61,072 bases of DNA from an uncultured virus (IMG/VR IMGVR_UViG_3300017989_000070) (lineage: Duplodnaviria; Heunggongvirae; Uroviricota; Caudoviricetes), in IMG/VR virus record IMGVR_UViG_3300017989_000070; one strand, 5' to 3'. The number at the start of each line of letters is the position of its first letter. Position 1 is the stretch's first letter. This document shows, in pieces, positions 37,275 to 47,611 of the stretch. Below the pieces are notes generated by a model that was given only the letters and a program-made list of their open reading frames with translations, had not been told where the DNA came from and made no database searches. A program made the position numbers and the translations under genes.

Positions 37275-37556
37275 ATGCCCTCGTTCGAGGTCGCGCGGCG
37301 GGTCAAGGCCAGGGAGGCGGGGCTCCCCGATGGGGCCTTCCCCTGCACCTCGTGCTGGGGCAAGGGCTGCGCGGAGTGCGAGCGCAAGGGGGTGGGCTCG
37401 CGCGGGGACTTCGCCCTGTGGTACAGTCGGCTGCGTCGGGAGCGAGAGCGCCGCCTGGCGGAGTGGGAGGCCGCGCAGGACCGGGCGAAGAAGAACATCG
37501 TGGGCCGGGACTACTACGACCTGGCGCTGCTCAGGAGTTTGGGTCGATCGGGGTGA
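37275..37556 (+). CDS. small CxxCxGxG Zn-finger protein
   Basis: CTSCWGKGCAECERKG. Confidence 0.55.
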   Translation: MPSFEVARRVKAREAGLPDGAFPCTSCWGKGCAECERKGVGSRGDFALWYSRLRRERERRLAEWEAAQDRAKKNIVGRDYYDLALLRSLGRSG

Positions 37557-37881
37557 CACGAGCGGGGATGCCGCGGAACTCAAGAAACTGGTTCAGCGCC
37601 TCGACAGTGAGCCTGTCGTCCTTCTCGCGGTCGTGCTCGGAGTACTGGTCGAGCGCCGCGTTCAGGCCGTCGACACCGTTTGCGAAAGGGTGCGGCCCGT
37701 AGAGCGCGAAGTGGAGCGCGCTGGACACGACCCGGGAGAGGGGGATCTTCTCACCCTCCGCCTTGCGCCGACGCCACTCTGCCAGTAGAAACTTCGGCAC
37801 CGAGATGCTGACCGTCGTGTTGTTCGTCGTGTAGTTCTCACGGACTTCACGGAGCCTTGCCTCGTAGGTGCTATGAGCCAT
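37531..37881 (-). CDS. ribbon-helix-helix-like protein
   Basis: TVSISVPKFLLAEW..LSRVVSSAL. Confidence 0.5.
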   Translation of the reverse strand: MAHSTYEARLREVRENYTTNNTTVSISVPKFLLAEWRRRKAEGEKIPLSRVVSSALHFALYGPHPFANGVDGLNAALDQYSEHDREKDDRLTVEALNQFLEFRGIPARVTPIDPNS

Positions 37882-39565
37882 GGACCTTCCTCATCATCAG
37901 CAGAGCCAGCGCGGCCTGCGCAGGCTCCAGATATTCCTGGGCGGCGAGCAGCCGCAGGATGTTGAAGTCGAGCATCGACACGTCGTTGCGCGGCCCCCGG
38001 GCGACCACCTTCTCGATGGTGTCGTGGACCTGCGCGATGTGGTCCGGGGACAACTGCTGGGCAAGGTCGAACACCTCGCTGCGGTCCTCGGGGACGAAGG
38101 GCGTCGCCTTCGACAGAGCGTAGAGCGACTCGCGGACTTCGAGGTCCTCGTCGAGAGCCGCGGTGATGGTCTCCTGCTTCTGGACCACCTTTCGGGCCAC
38201 CATCGCGTCGAGGCTCCCGTCGAGCACGAGATGCTGGACGAGCACGCTGCCCTGCTGCCCGATGCGATGGCATCGGTCCTCGGCCTGGGAGAGTGACGAG
38301 GGCGTCCAGTCGAGTTCGGCGAAGCACACCACCTGCGCCGCGGTCAGCGTCAAGCCCACACCCATCGCCTTGATCGAGCCGATGAACACGCGGCACGACG
38401 GGTCGTTCTGAAACCGGTCGACCCGCGCCTGGCGCTCCTCGACCGGGTGGTTGCCGTGTGCGGTCACGACCGCGTCGCCGAACTCCAGCGCGAGGTTCTC
38501 GATGACCGAGATGTGGTGGGCGAAGACGACGACCTTCGGCACGTGGCGCAACACCTCGCGGATGTGCTCGACCACCAGCGGTATCTTCAGCATGGCCGTC
38601 TGCATGCGCAGGCGGCTGATCTGTTGGATGGTCACGAACTCGGCCTGCCGAAGCTGGGCCACCGCCTCGCGGTAGATCTCGTCGTTGTCGACGGCCTTGG
38701 CAAGCTCGGCCTTCATGCGGATGAGCGAGAGGTTGCGCTGGATTTCGGCGAAGCCCTTCTGCTCGGCCTTGATCGCGTTTCGCACGCTGTCCGCCGGGAT
38801 GACGAGCACCTGGCGAATCTTGTCGGGAAGCTCGGGCAGCACGTCTTTCTTCAGGCGGCGAATCATCACCGTCTCGTTGAGCCGCTGGTGGAGCGTGCGC
38901 AGGTTCTCCTCGCCGATCTCGCTCTTGCGCTGCCCCCCTGAGCGACCGCCGCAGAAGTCGCGGATGAACTGGGCGCGGTCGGCGAACTCGTCCGGGGCGA
39001 GGTGGTGGAGCAGCGTCCACAGTTCGTAGGGACGGTTGACGATCGGCGTCCCGGTCAGCATCAGGCAGCGGCGCGATTCGAGCTTCGGGCGGCGCTTCAT
39101 CGGGTCGTCGCTCTCGTAGCCAAGCAGTTCTTTCGAGCGGTTCGCGTTCCGGTTCTTCAGGTAGTGCGCCTCGTCGATCACCACGAGGTCCCAGTTCACC
39201 GCGTGGATGTTGCGGTGGAAGGGCTTCAGATTCTCGTAGTTCGTGATGACGATGTCGGCGCTCGGGAACCCGCGTTTCGTGTCGACCAGACCGATCGTCG
39301 CGTCGGGCCTCGTGAGCCACGCGAGAAGCTCGCGAAGCCAGTTGATCTTCAGGCTCGCCGGGCAGACGATGAGCACCTTGCGAATGTCCGGCGAGTCGTT
39401 GATGACACCGATGGCCTGGACCGTCTTGCCCAACCCCATCTCGTCAGCAATCAGGATGTTCCTCCTGTCCCTCGCCAGCAGGATGGTCTCCAACTGGAAC
39501 GGCCTGTATTTCTTCCCCGGAGGCGCCGGGGGCGGGAGCAGAGCCGTGTTCTCACTCGCAGCCAT
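37871..39565 (-). CDS. SNF2-family (HARP-like) helicase
   Basis: ADEMGLGKT, DEAH, LTGTP, QAEDRCHRIGQ. Confidence 0.95.
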   Translation of the reverse strand: MAASENTALLPPPAPPGKKYRPFQLETILLARDRRNILIADEMGLGKTVQAIGVINDSPDIRKVLIVCPASLKINWLRELLAWLTRPDATIGLVDTKRGFPSADIVITNYENLKPFHRNIHAVNWDLVVIDEAHYLKNRNANRSKELLGYESDDPMKRRPKLESRRCLMLTGTPIVNRPYELWTLLHHLAPDEFADRAQFIRDFCGGRSGGQRKSEIGEENLRTLHQRLNETVMIRRLKKDVLPELPDKIRQVLVIPADSVRNAIKAEQKGFAEIQRNLSLIRMKAELAKAVDNDEIYREAVAQLRQAEFVTIQQISRLRMQTAMLKIPLVVEHIREVLRHVPKVVVFAHHISVIENLALEFGDAVVTAHGNHPVEERQARVDRFQNDPSCRVFIGSIKAMGVGLTLTAAQVVCFAELDWTPSSLSQAEDRCHRIGQQGSVLVQHLVLDGSLDAMVARKVVQKQETITAALDEDLEVRESLYALSKATPFVPEDRSEVFDLAQQLSPDHIAQVHDTIEKVVARGPRNDVSMLDFNILRLLAAQEYLEPAQAALALLMMRKVHGS

Positions 39566-39742
39566 GGTTCTCTTTCTTTCTTGATGCTCGCCTTTCCGAG
39601 ACACCAGATCATGTGTTTTTAGCATCGGGGGCCCACACCTCCCCCCTCCCAATATAACGCAGGACTGCTGGGCCGAAAGCAAGCTATTCTGTTGATTTTG
39701 CGCGACTGCCAGGATAGCTTTTTGCTCGGAGGGAGGTTCCAT

Positions 39743-40570
39743 TTGTCCGACGAACGGCGCGAGCCAGAAGAGTACGAGTACGACCTGTTCGACGACGCCG
39801 AGACCATCGGCGGCATCTTCGCCGACACCCGCGACCCGTTCGGTTCATACGGCGACCACGACGCGGTTGACGATCTCCACGCAGCCGAGCAGCCTGCCCC
39901 GATGACAGGCATGACCGCCCAGGACGGCATCGCGGCCCCGGCGCCCCATTTCGACGGGATGGCGATCCTGAACTCGTCGGCCCGGGTGACCACGGACGAG
40001 ATGGTCTGCCTGGCCGGGTGCAAGCATTACACGGGGTGCGTGCAGGTCCGCGGCGAGCTTCGGGTGTCCATCCGCCGCTGCGACCGCGTGGGCACCTGGG
40101 CCGAGCAGTTGAGCCTCGACGACGCGAACGTCTACGGCTGCTCGCACTTCGAGGCTGACGGGCCTCTTCTCCCCCACGTCCAGGCCCGGGTCGACCACTC
40201 CCGGCGACAGGTGCGCCTCGCCAACGAGCGAGCCGTGAACATCACCGGGCACACGTTGGGGGTGTGCCATGAGGCCTCGTGCCGCGAGTACGTGGTGATG
40301 GTGATCGGGGCCGTGGACGAGCAGGGGGCGATCGAGACGCAGGTCCACAGGTGGTGCCGGAAGATGGGTGGGGCCGCGCGGCCCTTCAAGCTCGACCCGA
40401 ACGAGCCCATCCTCGGCTGCACGTCGGTCGACCCGGGACCACCACACGACGCGCTGGACCGCAGCAAGGCGAGCTTGGAGGAGCAGAATGCCAGACACGC
40501 AGGAAAAGACGGAGGGGAACGTGAGCGAGATCAAGATGCCGCTGGAGGTCCCGCCGACGCAGAAGGCTGA
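39743..40570 (+). CDS. Cys-rich hypothetical protein
   Basis: GGAGG RBS then TTG; two similar Cys clusters; TTGATT-N17-TAGCTT upstream. Confidence 0.6.
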   Translation: MSDERREPEEYEYDLFDDAETIGGIFADTRDPFGSYGDHDAVDDLHAAEQPAPMTGMTAQDGIAAPAPHFDGMAILNSSARVTTDEMVCLAGCKHYTGCVQVRGELRVSIRRCDRVGTWAEQLSLDDANVYGCSHFEADGPLLPHVQARVDHSRRQVRLANERAVNITGHTLGVCHEASCREYVVMVIGAVDEQGAIETQVHRWCRKMGGAARPFKLDPNEPILGCTSVDPGPPHDALDRSKASLEEQNARHAGKDGGERERDQDAAGGPADAEG

Positions 40571-40997
40571 CGGAGAGGAGGAGCAGGACAGCTTCCAGCA
40601 GGTGTTCTCGGACATCTCGAAGGCCCAGGGGAAGCTCGACGACTCGACGAACCTGAACGGCCTGCGCAAGCACCTGCGCCGGGAGGTCTACCCGTTGATG
40701 GGGCGCGTGCTCGGCCTGACGGTCGACATGCGCGACGCCTTCCGCGAGCTTGCTCTTGAGGTCGAGTCGCAGTCGGGGGGCATTCCTGCCGAGGACGCGA
40801 AGTTCATCACCGGCTACCTCGACGCCATCAGCAACTTCATTCTCAAGTACGCGCCGGTCGCCAGGGCACAGGCCGAGCAGGGCGACGCGACGTTGCAGCA
40901 GGAACTCGGGGCCCTTCACCAGGGCGCGAGCGCCGTGCGCGAGGTCGTCAATTCATTGACCGAGGACGAGGTCATCGTCGAAGAGGTGCCGTCATGA
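40488..40997 (+). CDS. helical hypothetical protein
   Basis: GGAGGA RBS; ATGA overlap with the next gene. Confidence 0.6.
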   Translation: MPDTQEKTEGNVSEIKMPLEVPPTQKADGEEEQDSFQQVFSDISKAQGKLDDSTNLNGLRKHLRREVYPLMGRVLGLTVDMRDAFRELALEVESQSGGIPAEDAKFITGYLDAISNFILKYAPVARAQAEQGDATLQQELGALHQGASAVREVVNSLTEDEVIVEEVPS

Positions 40998-43381
40998 CAA
41001 GCAAGGCCGAGGATCTGGTCGCCAACATGGGGGCCATGGCCGGGGCGCTCCCCGGCGAGGACGGGGCCGCGGACGTGCTCAAGGGCCTGGAGACCGGCGG
41101 GGGAGGCCCCACGGTGGTGGGCGGCGCGCCCACGGTTCCGGTCGTGCCGGTCGGGTCTCCCGGTCCGCAGCCGAAGCGGGACTACAGCCGCACCCCGGCA
41201 CGACCGCCGGTCAGCCAGTCGAAGCTCTCGGAGGTCTTCCTGCGCCACGGGCCGGAGAAGGACCCGAACTTCGTGGTGTCACTGTTCAAGATCTACCCGA
41301 AGCTCCACGCCGGGGACGGGGGATGGGTCGAGGATTACTACCACCCGATCACCGAGGGGACGATCCGCGAACGCTTCCCTGATGGTGGTCGTTTCGAGGT
41401 CGTCATCAAGGGCTCTCACCCGCGCACCCGCGAGCCCGGCCACGTGCTGGAGTCTGTGCTGGTCGACGTAGCGGCGGCGCCCAAGCTGGACCGTGACCAT
41501 TCCAGGCGCGGTGGGGCCTACGACCGCATGATCGAGCGCGCTCGCGGGGGCGGCTACCCGCCGCAGAACGGCAGTGGTGTGCAGCAGCCCCAGGTGACGG
41601 TGCAGCCCGACAACAGCGCGACCACGATGGCGTTCCAGGCGCTGCGTGACGTGCTGTCGAGCAGTTCCTCGGGGAAGGACGCCATGATCGAGCAACTCCG
41701 GGACCTCGTGAACAAGCCTCAACAGCACGGGCTCGACCCCACGACCGTCCAGAGCCTGATCGACGCCAACGAGGCGCAGAAGGCGGCGGCGCAGGCTCGC
41801 TACGAGTCGATGCTCACCGAGGAGAGGGAGCGCGCGACCCGCGACATGGAGCGAGCCACCAACCGCCTGGAGCGCCAACTCGAAGACGAGCGCGCCGCTC
41901 GCACCCGCAGCGAGGAGGACTGGCGTCGCCGGGAGGAGCAACTCCGGGACCGCTTCGAGCGCGAGGTCACGACGCTCCGCTCGCAACTCGAAGACGAGCG
42001 CAAGGAGCACCAGCGCGTCGTCGACCGGCTGGAGGACAACCAGAAGGACACCATCCGGCGCATGGAGTCCAACCACCAGCAGCAGGTCGACCGGCTGACC
42101 AACGACGCCAAGGAGGAGATGCGCCGGGTGTCGTCCTCCCACTCCGAGGAGATGAAGCGCCTCCAGCACAACATGGAGACGCGCATCGAGCAGATCGAGC
42201 GGTCGAAGTCCGAGGCCGTCACGCTGGAGCGCGAGCGAGCCAAGATGGAGACGAGCCAGATCACGGCGCTGGCCCAGAATCAGGTCGACAACATCACTCG
42301 CCAGACCGAGACCTCGACGACGCACATGCGGGAGCTTCAGGAGGCGATCCGGGTCGCGGACCAGACCCGCGCCGAGACCGCGGCGACGCAGTTGCAGCAC
42401 GAGATCGAGCGGCTGCGCGACGAGAAGCGCAGGGCCGAGGACGACGCTCGTCGCTATCGGGAGAAGGCCGACGAGAACACCGACCCGATCTCCAGCGTCA
42501 TGAAGTACAAGGACATGGTCGACACCGTGGGATCGCTCTTCGGCGGCGGCGAGACGGCCATCGTCCCCGCGGACGGTGGGGGCGACGACGGCGTCATCGG
42601 GCGCATCGAGCGCATCATGGACACCCGGTTCGGCCAGCGCGCTGGTGAGATCGCCGGGGCCGTGCTCGGCAACGTCCTGAGCGGGGGCGGCGCTGGGGCC
42701 GCTCCGGGCGGACCGGCCCGGCCCCAGGGCCCGATGCCCCCGACTCCGGTCGCCCAGCCACTCCCCCAGCCTATGCCGCAACCCGTGCAGCAGCCGACGC
42801 CACCCCCGCCGAATGCCGTTTCCCGGCCCCAGACGGCCCCTAAGACGCCCGGAAGGGCTGCGCCAGTACCCCCACCACCCCAGACGGCTTCCCAGCCCTC
42901 ACAGACCCCTTCTGGGCCTCTGGACGGGAACGTGGACCAGCAGATCGAGACGGCGCTCTACGGCGACGGCTCACCGCCGCCTCCTGCTCCGCCGACACCG
43001 GCTCCGGGGACGCCTGGCGCGTCGGCGCACCCCGGCATGTCGACGGGCGACAACCCACCGCCCCAACCTCCGGCTCAGCAGCAACAGTCTGGCGAGGACG
43101 AGATGGAGGCAGGCATCCGGCAGATCAACGCCTGGGTCAACGTGGCCGAGCAGATGATCGAGCAGGGAGCCCCGATGGAGGCCTTCATCCCGTCGATGCT
43201 CCAGGGACTGCCCCCCGCGGCTCTCGAAGGCTTCGTCCAGCACCCGATCGAGCTTGTTGTGGCCGAGGTGAAGCAGTTCGTGCAGACCCGGGGCATCATC
43301 GAGAGCGAGCAGGGGATCATGTATCTGAAGCAGGCCCAGGCGGTGCTCAGGCAGAGTGTTCCCGGCCAGCAGCCCGGATGA
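40994..43381 (+). CDS. large coiled-coil and Pro-rich protein
   Basis: 795 aa; long E/R/Q heptad core flanked by globular ends. Confidence 0.8.
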   Translation: MTSKAEDLVANMGAMAGALPGEDGAADVLKGLETGGGGPTVVGGAPTVPVVPVGSPGPQPKRDYSRTPARPPVSQSKLSEVFLRHGPEKDPNFVVSLFKIYPKLHAGDGGWVEDYYHPITEGTIRERFPDGGRFEVVIKGSHPRTREPGHVLESVLVDVAAAPKLDRDHSRRGGAYDRMIERARGGGYPPQNGSGVQQPQVTVQPDNSATTMAFQALRDVLSSSSSGKDAMIEQLRDLVNKPQQHGLDPTTVQSLIDANEAQKAAAQARYESMLTEERERATRDMERATNRLERQLEDERAARTRSEEDWRRREEQLRDRFEREVTTLRSQLEDERKEHQRVVDRLEDNQKDTIRRMESNHQQQVDRLTNDAKEEMRRVSSSHSEEMKRLQHNMETRIEQIERSKSEAVTLERERAKMETSQITALAQNQVDNITRQTETSTTHMRELQEAIRVADQTRAETAATQLQHEIERLRDEKRRAEDDARRYREKADENTDPISSVMKYKDMVDTVGSLFGGGETAIVPADGGGDDGVIGRIERIMDTRFGQRAGEIAGAVLGNVLSGGGAGAAPGGPARPQGPMPPTPVAQPLPQPMPQPVQQPTPPPPNAVSRPQTAPKTPGRAAPVPPPPQTASQPSQTPSGPLDGNVDQQIETALYGDGSPPPPAPPTPAPGTPGASAHPGMSTGDNPPPQPPAQQQQSGEDEMEAGIRQINAWVNVAEQMIEQGAPMEAFIPSMLQGLPPAALEGFVQHPIELVVAEVKQFVQTRGIIESEQGIMYLKQAQAVLRQSVPGQQPG

Positions 43382-43778
43382 ACCAGACGAACGTGTCGTT
43401 GCTCAGAGCGCGGGAACCTCTCGCGTCGCGCACGGCCTGAATCGCCTCGTCCGCAGGCACGCCCAGTTCCACCAGCGCGAGCGCCGAGATGAGCCCCGAG
43501 CGGTTCCATCCCATGTAGCACGTGGTCAGCACCGTGCCGCCCTGGGCGAGCACCCTCGCTGCGTCGTGGGCCGCGTCCATGACCTTGCGCTGCCACCTGC
43601 GGTTGAGCCACCAGGCGGTGTCCACGTCGTCGATGCGAAGCCAGTGATTGCTGTACCCGACGAAGTCCGGCGGGGTCTCGGAGGCGCAGTGGATGTGCAG
43701 GTCCGGCGGTTCGTCCATGTAGGACGAGGCGTCGAAGGTGCCCTGCACGAGCCTGGGTGTGACGTGGTCGCCGCTCAT
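43347..43778 (-). CDS. dual-specificity/Tyr protein phosphatase
   Basis: IDD acid loop; VLTTCYMGWNRSG (CX5R). Confidence 0.85.
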   Translation of the reverse strand: MSGDHVTPRLVQGTFDASSYMDEPPDLHIHCASETPPDFVGYSNHWLRIDDVDTAWWLNRRWQRKVMDAAHDAARVLAQGGTVLTTCYMGWNRSGLISALALVELGVPADEAIQAVRDARGSRALSNDTFVWFIRAAGREHSA

Positions 43779-43927
43779 ATTTTCAACTCCCGGCAGAGCT
43801 TCGGCTCGTCTTCGCAGATGCTCTCGACCTTGTCCGGCGTGGTCAGGTGCGGGACCATCGCCTCGTGCCCCGGGAACTCCGAGAGCGTGAGTATCGAGGG
43901 CGCATGCCCCCATGGTAGCATCGCCCC

Positions 43928-45271
43928 ATGACACCGGACGAGCTTTTGGTCGAGTGCGCTGACGCGCTTCAATCCTGGCAGGGTCTCGGGCACCTCGGTG
44001 CGACGGAGGTGCTCGCATGGTGGGACGAGGACGAGCCCCGCTTCGTGTTCCGCGGCCCGACGCTGCGCATGCAGAACTACCTGTTCCGCGAGCCCTACCA
44101 GATCAACAACTACCAGGGCTACCTCGGGAGTTCCCTCAACTCCGCCTTCGGCTCGAACGTCTACAACAGCTTGACCACTCCCCGGGCGGACATCACCGAG
44201 ATCATCGAGATGGTCCAGCAGGTGCTCGTGGACGCCTTCGCGTCCGAGGGCCACGAGGCATATCCACGTGTGACCCTCATGCCTGCCGAGGGGAGCCCGT
44301 GGAACCCCGATGACGACGCGACCCCGTTCTACAGCGCGAAGAAGCGCAAGTTCTTCGAGACCCCACGGCCCGACTACCTGACGGTGACCCAGGCTCGTGA
44401 TCCCGAGACCGGCGGCACCGTGGACGCCCTCGGCGTCGACTTCTGCAAGCTCGTCGACACCATCGGCGCGGGAGACCGCAGCGGCAGCTTCGTTCTCGAC
44501 GGCCTGGACGAGGGAGTGCTCGTGACCCACTGCCTCGGGTTCGAGCGAGGCGTGGATGCCGATGGTGTGTCGGGGTTCGTCAACTCGTGCGGGGGCCTGC
44601 TCTTCCCCTCGCTCGCCGTGGGGCCTCTCCCTGCCGCGAACTTCGGCCCCATCTGCCTGGTCTTCGACCCGATGATCGTGCTCCAGTCCATGAAGCCCTA
44701 CAAGAAGGGCAGGGGCGCGTGGCCCATCGTCACGTACACGACCGACGTGTGGACCGCGACGATGTCCACCTTCCTCGGCGACGCCGCGGTCCAGTGCTTC
44801 GAGCAACTGACCGGCCACGCCGGGGACTTCATGTACAACTACGAGCGGCACTTCTGGATTCTGGGCCCCCCGGTCGACGTGGATGCGGGGCCAGCCACGG
44901 CGAAGATCGTCAAGGGGACCAAGCAGCTTCGGGCGGCGCTCAAGCGCCGGGGGAAGACCTGGCACCGGGACATCGACGCCCGGGAGATCGAGGAGACGCA
45001 GGCGATTCTCGGCGAGGACCGCTACCCCTACCTCGAAGCGAAGTCGAACGGCATCGTGGGCGTGGACGCCATGGTCGGCTGTGCCTACCCCGAGGCCTTC
45101 GCCGCCGAGGCCGAGCGGTTCCTCGGCGCCATCGGGTTCCGCGGCGCCTACATCTCCCTCGACATGCCCTACGCCAGCCACGATCCCGTGCTGACATACG
45201 ACTGGTCCTGGGCCGTCCACGACGCCGTTCTGCACTCGGGCTTGACCGTCCGAAATGTGCAGCTTGGCTGA
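43928..45271 (+). CDS. ART-like domain protein (polyvalent-protein type)
   Basis: LVTH..GGLLFPSLAV..FGPICLVFDP..YTTDVWT..YLEAK; TAGCAT 6 nt upstream of ATG. Confidence 0.5.
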   Translation: MTPDELLVECADALQSWQGLGHLGATEVLAWWDEDEPRFVFRGPTLRMQNYLFREPYQINNYQGYLGSSLNSAFGSNVYNSLTTPRADITEIIEMVQQVLVDAFASEGHEAYPRVTLMPAEGSPWNPDDDATPFYSAKKRKFFETPRPDYLTVTQARDPETGGTVDALGVDFCKLVDTIGAGDRSGSFVLDGLDEGVLVTHCLGFERGVDADGVSGFVNSCGGLLFPSLAVGPLPAANFGPICLVFDPMIVLQSMKPYKKGRGAWPIVTYTTDVWTATMSTFLGDAAVQCFEQLTGHAGDFMYNYERHFWILGPPVDVDAGPATAKIVKGTKQLRAALKRRGKTWHRDIDAREIEETQAILGEDRYPYLEAKSNGIVGVDAMVGCAYPEAFAAEAERFLGAIGFRGAYISLDMPYASHDPVLTYDWSWAVHDAVLHSGLTVRNVQLG

Positions 45272-45421
45272 CCCCTCCTGACACCACTTTCCCGGGCCGA
45301 GACGGCCTCTCTCGTGGCCGGAAGGTCCGGGGTGGGCCCCAGGGTATATGGAAGCCCCTTCCGGCGATTCTGAGCGGTCGTGTTAGAGTCGTCTACGAGT
45401 AGACGAGGTGGTTGGAAGGAT

Positions 45422-45763
45422 TCAGGAATCGTAGTGCTGGTCGAACTGGGAGAGGCGCTCGGGCGTGGCGGCGACGAGGACCCACTCGGGCTCGCCGAAC
45501 TGGGTGAGGATCTCGGGCATGCGCCCGGTGTCCTCGGCCAGGCCGAGGACGAACTCGTGGGACTGGTGGACGAACCGACTCGGGCCGAGGTAGAGGTCCA
45601 CGCCGGTCTCGTGGGCGATGCGCTCGATCTCGTCTTCGAGGTCGTCGATCTCCCGCTGGATGTCCCCCATCGCCCAGGCGTCGCCCATCTCATGGCGGTC
45701 GTCGCGCTGGTCGCGAAGTTCGGCCAGGCGGGAGATGGGGTCGGACAGGTTGATGCTGCTCAT
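45422..45763 (-). CDS. hypothetical protein
   Basis: AGGAGGCAAC-ATG. Confidence 0.65.
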   Translation of the reverse strand: MSSINLSDPISRLAELRDQRDDRHEMGDAWAMGDIQREIDDLEDEIERIAHETGVDLYLGPSRFVHQSHEFVLGLAEDTGRMPEILTQFGEPEWVLVAATPERLSQFDQHYDS

Positions 45764-45814
45764 GTTGCCTCCTGATTCCAACTTACCACCCGGGGGTGAC
45801 AGATCCGGTCACCC

Positions 45815-46771
45815 TCACCAGGGCACCTTCACGCCGTCAGGCCGTGACTCCTCGATGTCGAGCCCGGTCACGATTTGCCAGACCTCGTAGGGCGACAGCG
45901 CCGAGCCGTCAGGCCGCGGGGCACCACCGATGGATGAGCCACCGCCCCAGCCGGGCTCGGCGTCGGCGAGGCGCCCCAGCGCCCCGGCCAGGTCGAAGGG
46001 TACGAGGTCGCTCGTCTTGCCGAGCGTGTAGTTGCGCGCCGCCACGCCGCCCTGGTCGTTCTCCATCGCGTCGGCGACGATGACGACCCCGAAGCCCTCG
46101 TCGTAGAGCGGCGCGAAGGCGCCCCACCCGCCCGAGCCGACGAGGATGCAGCGCACGCCGTCCACCACGCCCTCGTAGACGCGGCAGATGTCGGGCGCTT
46201 CCACCTCGGTGATGGTGACCCTCCCCGCGAGGATCTCGCTGATCTGGTTCAGACCCGCCTCGATGAGGGGCGGCCACTCCTCGAACTTCTCCTGGGAGTC
46301 CCGCGGGGTGAACGGGTAGATGCCACCTGGGGAGAAGAACGTGTCGGCGAGCCGCCGCGCCTCGCCGTCGAGCGGCACGCGACCGGCGGGGCCGTGGGCG
46401 TCGATGGCACCGACGCCGCGGGTGAGCGCCTGGACCTCGGGCTCGTTCGCTCGCTCGGGGTTGGCCAGCAGCCACAGGGACATGAGCACGTCCCCGTCCA
46501 CGTCGTTGATGTAGATGGGGCGATCGTCCGCGTCGAGGCCCATCACGAGCGCGAGCCGCACCTGCTCGCAGGTGGCGAGCGTCAGGAGGCGGACGCACCC
46601 GGCGTGATGGTCGAAGCTCCAGCGGTCGAGGTCGTCACCCTCGGCGGGACCGCGGACGACGCCGTCGAGCGCGAGGGAGCGAGCGGGGAGGTCTGCCAGG
46701 GCGATGTCGCCGCCGTGCAGAGCGTGGATGTCGAGACCGTGGCTGTTGATCGTGTTCGTGTTCATGCTCAT
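45815..46771 (-). CDS. DHH-like phosphoesterase
   Basis: FDHH, NDVDGD, WGGGSSIGG. Confidence 0.6.
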   Translation of the reverse strand: MSMNTNTINSHGLDIHALHGGDIALADLPARSLALDGVVRGPAEGDDLDRWSFDHHAGCVRLLTLATCEQVRLALVMGLDADDRPIYINDVDGDVLMSLWLLANPERANEPEVQALTRGVGAIDAHGPAGRVPLDGEARRLADTFFSPGGIYPFTPRDSQEKFEEWPPLIEAGLNQISEILAGRVTITEVEAPDICRVYEGVVDGVRCILVGSGGWGAFAPLYDEGFGVVIVADAMENDQGGVAARNYTLGKTSDLVPFDLAGALGRLADAEPGWGGGSSIGGAPRPDGSALSPYEVWQIVTGLDIEESRPDGVKVPW

Positions 46772-46779
46772 GCTCCTAT

Positions 46780-46806
46780 GACGCTCCGGCTTCTCCGCCT
46801 CTGACA
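46780..46806 (-). promoter_or_regulatory. ECF-type promoter 1
   Basis: TGTCAG-N17-CGTC; ATG 8 nt downstream. Confidence 0.7.
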
Positions 46807-46814
46807 GGAAAAGT

Positions 46815-47219
46815 TCACTTTTTCAGCAGCGAGAGTGCTGCTTCCCGGTCATCGAGAGTCGCGACGCCCTTGCCGTGGTTCGGCAGGCTGCGGAAGAACC
46901 TCTCGGCCTCGGTGCGCCCCACGCCGAAGTACTCGGCGACAGCGTCCCAGCCGTCGAACGACGAGAGCCAGGGCCCCGCGTGGAGAGCCTTGACGACCTC
47001 GAAGGCCTTGACGCCTTCGGCGAGGCGGAAGGTGTAGGTCGTGCCGGACCACTTCCCGTTCTTTCGAAAGGTGTCCTTGACGATGGCCAGTTCGCCGGGG
47101 ATGTGTGCCCCGTCGAACCGGGACATCTTTCCGTCTGCGACGACGACCAGCATGGGGCGACGAGACCCGTTGAGCATCTCGTCGCTCCAGACCCCTTCAT
47201 TTTCGAATGTCGTGTTCAT
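46815..47219 (-). CDS. hypothetical protein
   Basis: KNGKWSGTTY motif; leaderless start. Confidence 0.7.
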   Translation of the reverse strand: MNTTFENEGVWSDEMLNGSRRPMLVVVADGKMSRFDGAHIPGELAIVKDTFRKNGKWSGTTYTFRLAEGVKAFEVVKALHAGPWLSSFDGWDAVAEYFGVGRTEAERFFRSLPNHGKGVATLDDREAALSLLKK

Positions 47220-47227
47220 GCTTCTAT

Positions 47228-47254
47228 GACGCTCAGTCCCTGCCATTCCTGACA
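47228..47254 (-). promoter_or_regulatory. ECF-type promoter 2
   Basis: TGTCAG-N17-CGTC; ATG 8 nt downstream. Confidence 0.7.
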
Positions 47255-47281
47255 GCTACGACCCGATTTTTTCGAGCACCC

Positions 47282-47602
47282 TCACACCGCCTTCGGGTTG
47301 GTGACCCACACGTACTGACCACAGGCCGAGCAACCGATGACGCCCAGGCGTCCGCCCTCGTACACGCGGTCGAGCACGTAGACGGGGTGGGGGCCCTCGT
47401 CGTGGCACATCGGGCACCCGTTGATCTCGGTGCGCCCGATGATGTCGACGCGGTCGCCGCCAAGCTCCTCCGGCGCCATGACGAAGTCCGGGCCCCCGGT
47501 CATGAAGAGGACCACGCCAGGCTCCTCCTCGTCGGGGATGGCCTTGAGGCTTCCCTCGGGCTCGATGGTGCCGCCGCTCTGCCGCCGGGTGTATGTGCTC
47601 AT
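47282..47602 (-). CDS. Zn-ribbon protein
   Basis: CPMC..CSACG; GGAG RBS. Confidence 0.65.
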   Translation of the reverse strand: MSTYTRRQSGGTIEPEGSLKAIPDEEEPGVVLFMTGGPDFVMAPEELGGDRVDIIGRTEINGCPMCHDEGPHPVYVLDRVYEGGRLGVIGCSACGQYVWVTNPKAV

Positions 47603-47611
47603 GGTGTGCTC

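Noticed and set aside
30442..42781. Long antisense ORFs (30442-32037, 31935-33776, 33821-36232, 41279-42781)
   Set aside because: Shadows of genuine genes on the opposite strand, typical of high-GC codon usage; no motifs or RBS.
45775..45801. Sixth ECF-type promoter
   Set aside because: TGTCAC is present upstream of AGGAGGCAAC-ATG but there is no CGTC at the 17-nt spacing; at best a variant.
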